A DNA stretch of 24,000 nt from Promethearchaeia archaeon (GTDB taxonomy: Archaea; Asgardarchaeota; Lokiarchaeia; Sigyniarchaeales; SOKP01). Positions 8,639-15,819 of this stretch are shown piece by piece. The stretch's first letter is position 1, and each line of letters starts with the position of its first letter. The stretch lies in assembly GCA_029856045.1 (NCBI GenBank), contig JAHQWG010000016.1, positions 227,921 through 251,920 on the forward strand, in the 5' to 3' direction. The notes below the pieces were generated by a model. The model was not told the origin of the DNA and ran no database searches. It was given only the letters and a program-made list of their open reading frames with translations. Made by a program: the position numbers and the translations under genes.

Positions 8639-9772
8639 TTGTCTTATGATAATTTTATATTTATATTTGATGCTCAAAATGAAATTGGGGGTTTTTGGAA
8701 AGGTGAATTTGCTGAAGAATTTGATGAAATTTTTGCTAAGGAAATTATAGAAAAAATTATTAAGAAATTTGGTGAATTAGATTTTAGGATTTTCGATACA
8801 TTAGATCCAAAAAATGAAGAAGATAATAATAACAAAATCTTAAAAATTGAAATCTTAAAAAGATTACCTAATAAGACCCTTTGGAAAATTAAAAGAAGAA
8901 TTTCGTCCTTATTTGTATCTAAAAAAATTATATCTAAAATTGGAGAATTTCGTACATTTGATAGTTCATGGAAATGGCGTAGAGACTTATTAAATTTAGA
9001 TAATATTAATAAATTGTCAATTACAAATATATTAATTATGTTTTTTACCATATTCTTTATTTATAATATAGGAATTTTACAATTGTATGATGGAACTCTT
9101 TCTTTTTTGTTTATTATTTTTATTTTATTAGCTTTAACTATAGTTAACTTAATATTTGTTTTATTTCCAATGAGATTTCCTGGAATTATAAAAAAAATAA
9201 TTAATTTAGAAGATAAGGAACATGAAGAGGAAGAAGTCCAGACAAGAAAAATTGAAGAAATAAAGGTCATTAAAGAACCTCTTAAACCATCTGTCCCTAT
9301 CTTACCTTCAGAGCAGAAATTCGAAGTATCGTCAAAACTTCTATCTTTAATTAAATCTAATACTTCATCAAAAAAAAATGAAAAGGAAAAAACAAAAAAA
9401 GAAAAAGAAAAATCATTAGAATCTCTTAAAGATGGAAAATCTGACCTAAAAATCCCAGAAGTTCCAGTAGCTCCTCCAAAACAGATAGTAAAACTCGATT
9501 CCCCCGAAATTTCTCCCGAACTCTTAAAAAAAATAACTAAAGGAGAAACTAAAGAAATAAAATATATGCTTGTTAAATGTGATAGATGTAATAAAATAAT
9601 TGCATTTCCTGTTCCAAAGAAAAAAGTTCTTAAATCAGAATTACCTGTTGTTCCCATTTCATATATTCATGGAAAGGGAAAGGAAAGACACTGTTTAACA
9701 GCTCATGTTGATCATGATTTTGATATTAGACGACGGCGGGTTTCTGATGTTGTATTTGAAGAATTGGAGTAA
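8639..9772 (+). CDS. Membrane protein: N-terminal soluble domain, two TM helices, a K/E/P-rich linker and a C-terminal Cys/His domain; function unknown
   Basis: Hydrophobic segments are ILIMFFTIFFIYNIGILQLY and LSFLFIIFILLALTIVNLIFVLF. The low-complexity linker has Pro-containing stretches (PLKPSVPILPSE, IPEVPVAPPKQ). The C-terminus reads VKCDRCNKIIAFPVP...SYIHGKGKERHCLTAHVDHDFDIRRRR. TTG start, with no early in-frame ATG. Confidence 0.5.
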   Translation: MSYDNFIFIFDAQNEIGGFWKGEFAEEFDEIFAKEIIEKIIKKFGELDFRIFDTLDPKNEEDNNNKILKIEILKRLPNKTLWKIKRRISSLFVSKKIISKIGEFRTFDSSWKWRRDLLNLDNINKLSITNILIMFFTIFFIYNIGILQLYDGTLSFLFIIFILLALTIVNLIFVLFPMRFPGIIKKIINLEDKEHEEEEVQTRKIEEIKVIKEPLKPSVPILPSEQKFEVSSKLLSLIKSNTSSKKNEKEKTKKEKEKSLESLKDGKSDLKIPEVPVAPPKQIVKLDSPEISPELLKKITKGETKEIKYMLVKCDRCNKIIAFPVPKKKVLKSELPVVPISYIHGKGKERHCLTAHVDHDFDIRRRRVSDVVFEELE

Positions 9773-9807
9773 TTATGGATAATATATTATACCTTTTAAT
9801 TCCTTCT

Positions 9808-10023
9808 CTATAAGAAGTAAATAAATATTAATGCAATTGAAATCGGTACAATACATAAAATAAGAAGAAATAATAACCAACTCTTGGTCCAATTTATAAA
9901 ACTATTTGGATATAAAATTGCGTTACATTCTGGGCATCGCTGAATACTCTTATCAATAATTTCTAATTTACAATTCCAACAAAGAGTCTTTTTAAAATAT
10001 TCTTCTTTTTTCAATGAAAACAA
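9808..10023 (-). CDS. Small zinc-ribbon membrane protein (hypothetical)
   Basis: CWNCK...CPECN zinc ribbon followed by one hydrophobic helix (SWLLFLLILCIVPISIALIFIYFL). TTG start and short length, so confidence is low. Confidence 0.35.
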   Translation of the reverse strand: MFSLKKEEYFKKTLCWNCKLEIIDKSIQRCPECNAILYPNSFINWTKSWLLFLLILCIVPISIALIFIYFL

Positions 10024-10117
10024 TCTTAATTTTATTGAATATTAATTAAAACCAATAAACATTAATACTTATATTATTGGAATAAAATATTTTATATAAA
10101 AAATTTAGTTGTTGATA

Positions 10118-10939
10118 ATGTCTGGTTATATAGGTAAATCAATTAGACTTGAAAGAATTATGGATAGAAATACCAGAAAAACAATCATTATACCCTTAGA
10201 TCACGGCTTAACTGTTGGACCTGTTAAAGGATTAGAGAATAATTTAGGAGAAATAGTTAATAAAATTGCTGAGGGTGGTGCAAATGCTGTTTTAGGTCAT
10301 ATAGGCATACCATTATATGCCCACAGGAAATATGGTCAAGATATTGGTTTAATACTTCATTTATCAGGTTCAACTAATTTAAGTCCTAATCCAAATTATA
10401 AGGTTTTGACTAATAATGTTAATGATGCCTTGAAAATGGGTGCTGATTGTGTTTCAATTCATATTAATTTGGGAACAGATACAGATCCAGAGATGCTTCA
10501 AACTTTGGGCTCTCTCTCAAGAGAATGCAGAGAATGGGGAATGCCACTTTTAGCAATGATGTATCCTAGAGGTGAAAAAATCATAAAAGATGGCAAAGAT
10601 GAATATGATGTTGATGTGGTTAAAATTGCCGCAAGAGTTGCTGCTGAACTCGGTGCAGATATTGTAAAAACAAACTGGACTGGTGATATTGATTCTTTCA
10701 AAGAAGTTGTGAAAGGATGTATGGCTCCCGTGATTATTGCTGGAGGTGAAAAGCGAGGTCTTTGGGGGATTTTAGAGATAACTAAAGCATCAATAGACGC
10801 AGGAGGTTCAGGTGTTGCTTATGGTAGGAACGTGTTTCAAGCAGATGATCCAACGGCAGTTGTAAAAGCATTAGCCCTTATCGTTCATCAAGGGTACGAA
10901 GTGGAAGAAGCGGTAAGAGAAGTAAATCTTTCAGTATAA
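10118..10939 (+). CDS. DhnA-family class I aldolase: 2-amino-3,7-dideoxy-D-threo-hept-6-ulosonate (ADH) synthase / archaeal fructose-bisphosphate aldolase
   Basis: The sequence runs colinear with my recollection of the MJ0400-type protein. Matching segments are RLERI..R...KT.I.P.DHG...[62 protein letters not shown] and [13 protein letters not shown]. The ATG at 10118 is preferred over the TTG at 10109. Confidence 0.85.
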   Translation: MSGYIGKSIRLERIMDRNTRKTIIIPLDHGLTVGPVKGLENNLGEIVNKIAEGGANAVLGHIGIPLYAHRKYGQDIGLILHLSGSTNLSPNPNYKVLTNNVNDALKMGADCVSIHINLGTDTDPEMLQTLGSLSRECREWGMPLLAMMYPRGEKIIKDGKDEYDVDVVKIAARVAAELGADIVKTNWTGDIDSFKEVVKGCMAPVIIAGGEKRGLWGILEITKASIDAGGSGVAYGRNVFQADDPTAVVKALALIVHQGYEVEEAVREVNLSV

Positions 10940-10971
10940 ATTTAAATAGAAATGAGAAGAGAATAGTAAAG

Positions 10972-11337
10972 ATGAATATAATTGCTGAAAAGAAGGTTCA
11001 AATAGATAATATTACTATTTATCTTACTTTACTAAAATTATATCGAGGCTATGTTCTTTTTATATCTGATCAAGAAAATTTTGGATTAGGTTCTATTACT
11101 TTAAGCACACCACCTTTAAATGATGTTCTAAAATCAACATCTGTTTCGTATCAACTGTTTGGAATGGAACATAACTTATTATCTAAAATGATTGTAGAAA
11201 AAGCAGCGAGTAATTTAAAAGAACCAGTTATATTATTATTTTTTTTAAAGGAAAAAGAAAAGGAGAAGGAACTCATTAAGCCAATTATAACATTGCTCAA
11301 TCAAATTTTAGAGGAATATGAGAATTTTAAAAAATAA
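10972..11337 (+). CDS. Hypothetical protein, possibly PAC4-like proteasome assembly chaperone
   Basis: 121-aa ORF with host-like composition. The pattern YVLFISDQENFGLGSITLSTPP...STSVSYQLFG...LLSKMIVEKAASNLKEPVILLFFL loosely resembles the PAC4 (PSMG4) family. This is a recollection only. Confidence 0.3.
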   Translation: MNIIAEKKVQIDNITIYLTLLKLYRGYVLFISDQENFGLGSITLSTPPLNDVLKSTSVSYQLFGMEHNLLSKMIVEKAASNLKEPVILLFFLKEKEKEKELIKPIITLLNQILEEYENFKK

Positions 11338-11438
11338 TGACAATAGGAATAAATTAGTATGATACTTCAAATTCCTCCTTCAAAATTTCTTTGAATTTAA
11401 TAAATATCATCCAAAAAATCTAGAAAGTAGGGATATAA

Positions 11439-11654
11439 ATGAGTATTGATTGGATTCCAGCAAGAAAAATTACTCCAAAAGAAAGGGGGAATAGAGGAAT
11501 TTTTCCATCACATAAAGTTCCAAGCGGATTTGCGGGATATGAGTCGTGCTTAGAACGGGATATCATACTATTGTTACATCACGCTCCTGATGTTAAGAGA
11601 TTCCAACATCAACCTAAAACAATAGTCTATAAGAATAGCAAAGGTTGGTTCTAA
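11439..11654 (+). pseudogene. Truncated TnsA-endonuclease N-terminal-domain gene (Tn7-like or restriction-endonuclease-like), 71 codons only
   Basis: GYESCLERDIILLLHHAPDVKRFQHQPKTIVYKNSKG matches the ES.LE.D....LE.DP.V..F..QP..I.Y signature of TnsA_N-domain proteins. The ORF stops before the catalytic core that normally follows. Its GC content is visibly higher than the flanking host genes. Confidence 0.6.
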
Positions 11655-11689
11655 AAAGGTAGAAGAAAAAGCATAAAGAAAGATAAAGG

Positions 11690-12661
11690 TTAAGGCCTAA
11701 GCAGTCTCACCGTGGAGGATCCACCCCAACTCCTAGTGCAAAGCCTATTGCCTGGACGGTGCGAATCCAAACGAGCCCGCCCAAAGTCTCGATGCCACCA
11801 CCCAGTCGGCACAAGGTCACTTTTTACACGTTTTACATATTTTACATATTGACCAAGAAACCATAAGGCATTGTTATCATACCTGTCATTACTTACTTCA
11901 TTGGTTGTTTCGAGGTGGAAAAGAAATTTTGTAATAAAATCTTCAAGTGTTTTTCCTGTTTCTCCTTGATAAGCTTGCGTCTGTAATGTTCGTAAGTAAT
12001 CACGAGGAGAAGAGCCTATTTCTAATTGTCTTCTGCCTCCTAATGTCTTTCCTCGGCCTTGTTGAGGCATAATGGGTAAACTTTCAACTAATCCCACAGA
12101 CCAGCCTGGAACGGCACAAATACGTCCATTATTGACTACTTCTAATTTGGTCTGTCCCCGATGATTGCTTGAATATTCTTGAGGAAAATATACAAGCTCG
12201 TCTGTATCTAGTGCCTGTCTTAAGGTATCCCATATCCAGACATGTTTTTCGGTATTGACACGAACAGGTATTAAAGGATCAGAAGGAGAATGTCTGGTTT
12301 GATAAATCTTTCCTTCTGCTGCGTGTTTAAGAATAGCTGCTTTCATTCGATCAATAAGAAGGGATGTTGGCATTGTCATGGGTGTTAGCTCTAAACGATC
12401 AAACCCTTGTGGAACTTTTCTACCTACAAGCTCTCTATTATGATCAAATAGTTCTACAACCTGTTCTTGGGTTGGTATTGGATACTCTTTTCCATCTATT
12501 CCAATCACCCCAATGCTTTCTGATTTCGGAAGAAGCGTGAGAATGCCGGTGCGGTTTAAGGCGGTAACGCAACGGGCATATTCCCTTTCAACAGGAAATA
12601 ACTGTTCTGATTGAGGATCTCCTTCCATGTGCGCTGATGCGTCTATAGGTTGTTTTGACAT
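11690..12661 (-). CDS. Orphan 323-aa protein of foreign composition; no family recognised
   Basis: Uninterrupted ORF with an ATG start. Hand-counted GC is 35/60 (11701-11760), 23/60 (12241-12300) and 30/60 (12541-12600). Neighbouring genes give 17/60 (11041-11100) and 16/60 (13021-13080). The protein is R/G/P/Q/V/T-rich, unlike the K/I/N-rich host proteins. Confidence 0.6.
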   Translation of the reverse strand: MSKQPIDASAHMEGDPQSEQLFPVEREYARCVTALNRTGILTLLPKSESIGVIGIDGKEYPIPTQEQVVELFDHNRELVGRKVPQGFDRLELTPMTMPTSLLIDRMKAAILKHAAEGKIYQTRHSPSDPLIPVRVNTEKHVWIWDTLRQALDTDELVYFPQEYSSNHRGQTKLEVVNNGRICAVPGWSVGLVESLPIMPQQGRGKTLGGRRQLEIGSSPRDYLRTLQTQAYQGETGKTLEDFITKFLFHLETTNEVSNDRYDNNALWFLGQYVKYVKRVKSDLVPTGWWHRDFGRARLDSHRPGNRLCTRSWGGSSTVRLLRP

Positions 12662-12971
12662 ACCCTATTATACCATTTTTTAGTTAGATTGTCATAACTA
12701 ACTAATATATTTAAAGATTATTATAAAGTGTTAGTTGTGTCAATAAGTTTCGATTATAAACATACAGGAAATGACAAAAAGTTTATTGAAGTTAAGTATT
12801 TGTATTGATTAGTATAAAACTATTAGGAAGTTGGATATTTAAATTCATTACTAAAATTTGGACATTCATTGCCAATAATTACCAAGTGCATTGCTATTAT
12901 TATTTAAAATAATCAGAATATAAAAGTAAAAAAAAATTAATAAATTTATTATATTACGAGGATTTCCTGAA

Positions 12972-13280
12972 TTGAAAAAATTCATTCTTACAAATATCTT
13001 TGGAAATACGGTTCGAATTAAAATTCTTGAACTTCTTCTCGATAATATTTTAAAAAAAGAGGTTGAATGGGAGTTTATCTCTAAAATTGCTAAAGAAGCC
13101 GGAATATCTACTTCATCTTCAAAGCGGGTTATTGATTCACTCATAGAATCTAATATTGTCGATGAATTACCAATTAAAACTCATGCAAAAAATCCAAAAA
13201 GAAGCATTCGATTAAATTTAGACAATAAAATCGTTAACGAGCTAATCTTTTTTTACCGGAAAATCCGAGCCTTTAAATAA
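12972..13280 (+). CDS. Small winged-helix DNA-binding protein (ArsR/MarR-like archaeal regulator)
   Basis: VRIKILELLLDN...EWEFISKIAKEAGISTSSSKRVIDSLIESNIVDEL has the helix-turn-helix plus wing layout. TTG start. The gene is divergent from the orphan ORF across a 310-nt spacer. Confidence 0.5.
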   Translation: MKKFILTNIFGNTVRIKILELLLDNILKKEVEWEFISKIAKEAGISTSSSKRVIDSLIESNIVDELPIKTHAKNPKRSIRLNLDNKIVNELIFFYRKIRAFK

Positions 13281-13296
13281 ATATTCATTTTTTAAA

Positions 13297-13461
13297 TGCA
13301 GGGAGTGGGATTCGAACCCACGAAGAGCTATCTCACCGGATATCCCATCTGAAATTAGTAAGATCAACGGAAATCATATTAATTAGATCTTGAGTCCAGC
13401 TAATGAGAAAGTTTTTTTCCCAAAAGAGTCCGGCACCGTTGACCAACTTGGTTATCCCTGC
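13297..13461 (-). tRNA. tRNA-Leu(CAA), class II, with two putative introns (~34 nt and ~47 nt)
   Basis: The - strand reads GCAGGGA-TA-ACCAAGTTGGTCAACGGT-GCCGGACTC[34 nt]AAG[47 nt]ATCCGGT-GAGATAGCTCTTC-GTGGGTTCGAATCCCAC-TCCCTGC-A. Removing 81 nt gives an 84-nt class II cloverleaf. It has a perfect 7-bp acceptor stem, a T-arm GTGGG/TTCGAAT/CCCAC, a variable arm and the anticodon loop CT-CAA-GA. Confidence 0.8.
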
Positions 13462-13567
13462 TTGAAGAATTTTTAAATAAAATAATATTTCAATAAATAA
13501 AAATTATTTTATAATCACTTTTAACAGTCTTAGTCATAACACCTTATTCATAGGATTTATATTTACT

Positions 13568-13585
13568 AAGCTTGGTTATCTCTGC
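13568..13585 (-). repeat. Partial copy of the tRNA-Leu 5' end (15/18 identical)
   Basis: aagcttggttatctctgc (13568-13585) against caacttggttatccctgc (13444-13461). No tRNA body follows the copy. Confidence 0.5.
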
Positions 13586-13761
13586 ACTTTTTTAAATAGT
13601 ATAATTTATTTTCATTAAAAATTCTTACGAATAATTATTAGTTTAACATAGTTTTAAATTCAAGATCAATCGAAAAAAGAAGATAACCTGTGACGTACGC
13701 CTACGGGGGTTGGAATCCCTCATATTGCATATTTTAAATAATCTTTTCTTTTGATTTAGAA

Positions 13762-13983
13762 CTATTGTAAAAGGAACATGACAATGAAGATAACTACCAT
13801 CATACCAATTAAAAAATACATCTGAATTTTGGATTTTTTTTTCTTTTTTTTCTCATAAGATTTTGCAGAATCCTTACATCCTTGACCACAATATTGCTTA
13901 CCTTCTGGTATAGCCCTTCCACAGACAATACAATGTTCATGGGGACCGTATTTTTTTTGTATTTTTTCTTTCCAACTTGACAA
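13762..13983 (-). CDS. Small Zn-ribbon membrane protein (DUF2116-like)
   Basis: HCIVCGRAIPEGKQYCGQGCKDSAKSYEKKKKKK followed by one TM helix (MYFLIGMMVVIFIVMFLL). It lies directly downstream of pyrH on the same strand. TTG start. Confidence 0.5.
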   Translation of the reverse strand: MSSWKEKIQKKYGPHEHCIVCGRAIPEGKQYCGQGCKDSAKSYEKKKKKKSKIQMYFLIGMMVVIFIVMFLLQ

Positions 13984-14043
13984 TAACTTAGACTCCTAAT
14001 AATAATTATAGATAAATAATAAAATAAAATTAAAAAGGTTTGT

Positions 14044-14751
14044 TCAATTATAACCAGGTTTAATAACCGTACCAATTCCAGATGGATTTCCATCTAAAAT
14101 GTTTTTTAGCTGGGTTAAATCCTTCCCCGAAAAAATTCTTACATTTAAATTACTTCTTTTTAATATTTGCAAGGATACAGCATCAAATATGCGATATTCA
14201 CCAGCTGCTGCTTGATTATTGCTAGATGATTCCAGAATAAGATTTTGAAGTTCAGTTTTTGTTAATTCATCAAACTTTGTAGCATCTGGGAATTTCTTTG
14301 GATCTTTATTAAAAATGCCTTCAACATCGGTCATAATTAAAAGCTCATCTGCATTTAAAAATTCTGAGACTTCTAATGCAACTGAAGTAGTAGATTGACC
14401 CGGTTGTAATCCGCCAAGCACCAAAATTTTATTAAATAACATATTTTTTGCTAAATCTTCTATTGTTTCTAATACTATAGGAAAAGATGCATTTCCCAGT
14501 CCTTCAATTATCAATTTAGCATTTAACCTTGAGATGTAAATACCCATTAAATCACATTTTGATTCATTTACGCCAAATTCCTTGAGTGTTTGAATATATT
14601 TTCTAGCAATATTTCCCCCCCCACAAACAATGGCTAAAATATTATCTTTAGATCTGATCAAATCGCAAAACTTTTTAATTTTTATAGAATTAATATTATC
14701 TCCTTTAAATAAAAGGGATCCTCCAATTTTTATAACTCTTTTAAGAGACAT
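14044..14751 (-). CDS. pyrH: Uridylate (UMP) kinase, archaeal type
   Basis: Amino-acid-kinase fold motifs are present: VIKIGGSLL, IVCGGGNIARKYI, GGLQPGQSTTSVALEVSEFLNADELLIMTDVEGIFNKDPKKFPDA. Length is ~235 aa. The ATG at 14751 is preferred over the GTG at 14760. Confidence 0.8.
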   Translation of the reverse strand: MSLKRVIKIGGSLLFKGDNINSIKIKKFCDLIRSKDNILAIVCGGGNIARKYIQTLKEFGVNESKCDLMGIYISRLNAKLIIEGLGNASFPIVLETIEDLAKNMLFNKILVLGGLQPGQSTTSVALEVSEFLNADELLIMTDVEGIFNKDPKKFPDATKFDELTKTELQNLILESSSNNQAAAGEYRIFDAVSLQILKRSNLNVRIFSGKDLTQLKNILDGNPSGIGTVIKPGYN

Positions 14752-14829
14752 TAATTTCACAATAACTTATTTAGATTATTAAAACCTTGTAATATTAATT
14801 AGAAAATATATAAAAAAAGCTTTCTATAT

Positions 14830-15789
14830 ATGTCAGTAAATAAATCAGAAATTTTAGTTAAAGTACCTCTCAGAATTTCTGGGTTTTTTCAAATTGTTGA
14901 TGAAATTAATGGAGTTAAAATTAAAAACCCAGAGAAAATCGGTTCTCGAGGAGCAGGTTTTTGTTTAACTGCATTTGGATATACAAGAATCTCAATCCAA
15001 GATATAGAATCTTCTAAAGAAAATAAAGTTGAAATTTTTATTAATGGACAAGAGCAAACTGAGAATGCACAGACTACATACTATATATACTCATATCTAA
15101 GGGATTTTTTTAAAAAAAACGTGAAATTGAGAATTGATCACAAATTTGACCTTCCTGTTGGTTGTGGTTATGGAGCAAGCGGTTCAGGAGCCATTGGTAC
15201 AGCATTAGGAATTAATTTTCTTATGGATTTAAATTTACCCTATGATGATCTTGGAAAAATTGCTCATATTGCAGAAGTAGAGAATAAAACTGGATTAGGT
15301 ACTGTAGCAGGTCTATGGCATGGAGGATTTAGTATAATTTTAAAAGCAGGATTTCCATTTTTTGTAAAAAAAATTTCTTATCCTCAAAACTTAAAGATAA
15401 TATGTGGTACATTTGGTGAAATACAAACCAAATCAATTTTATCAGATCCTTTATTAAGTTCAAAAATAAAAGAGGTTGGAAAGAAAGCTATGAAAAATAT
15501 ATTAAAATCTCCTGATATTTTCACTTTTTTGGATGAATCCATTAATTTTGTAAAGAAAACAGATTTTTTAAATCTTCTAAATCTTTCTGAATGTCAAGAA
15601 TTAATGAATTCTCTAAATAAACTGAAAAATGTGAAAGCAAGTATGAATCAATTAGGAAAATCAATATTTACTATATGTTTTCCTGAAGAATTCATTGATA
15701 TTATTGAAATTTATGAATCCTACAAACCACAAGTTAAAATTTTCGATTTAGAAATAAATCCTAGTGGACCGGTAATTTTAAATCAGTAA
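14830..15789 (+). CDS. Pantoate kinase (archaeal CoA pathway; GHMP kinase superfamily)
   Basis: GHMP motif PVGCGYGASGSGAIGTAL, plus AEVENKTGLGTVAGLWHGGF, typical of COG1829 pantoate kinases. It lies close to the phosphopantothenate synthetase and ketopantoate reductase genes. Confidence 0.75.
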   Translation: MSVNKSEILVKVPLRISGFFQIVDEINGVKIKNPEKIGSRGAGFCLTAFGYTRISIQDIESSKENKVEIFINGQEQTENAQTTYYIYSYLRDFFKKNVKLRIDHKFDLPVGCGYGASGSGAIGTALGINFLMDLNLPYDDLGKIAHIAEVENKTGLGTVAGLWHGGFSIILKAGFPFFVKKISYPQNLKIICGTFGEIQTKSILSDPLLSSKIKEVGKKAMKNILKSPDIFTFLDESINFVKKTDFLNLLNLSECQELMNSLNKLKNVKASMNQLGKSIFTICFPEEFIDIIEIYESYKPQVKIFDLEINPSGPVILNQ

Positions 15790-15819
15790 TTACTGTAATT
15801 TGATTTAAAAATTATATTT

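Noticed and set aside
9340-9425. A purine-rich, repetitive stretch (aaaaaaaatgaaaaggaaaaaacaaaaaaagaaaaagaaaaa) that looked like a tandem repeat.
   Set aside because: It is simply the K/E-rich low-complexity linker of the 377-aa membrane protein. I found no defined repeat unit and it is not a CRISPR or satellite. A similar KEKEKEKE run occurs at 11250-11275.
11353-12820. The shared 8-9-mer attagtat(g/a)a occurs on both sides of the foreign island (about 11354 and about 12810) and might be target-site duplication.
   Set aside because: The words are not at the compositional boundaries. They are AT-only and short enough to recur by chance in this genome, and no terminal inverted repeats accompany them.
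13568-13729. The idea that the tRNA 5' fragment and the T-arm-like patch form a split or circularly permuted tRNA gene.
   Set aside because: The two pieces are on opposite strands. The T-loop deviates from consensus (TTGGAAT). The would-be acceptor 3' strand (ATATTGC) has no matching 5' partner nearby, and no D-arm or anticodon arm can be built.
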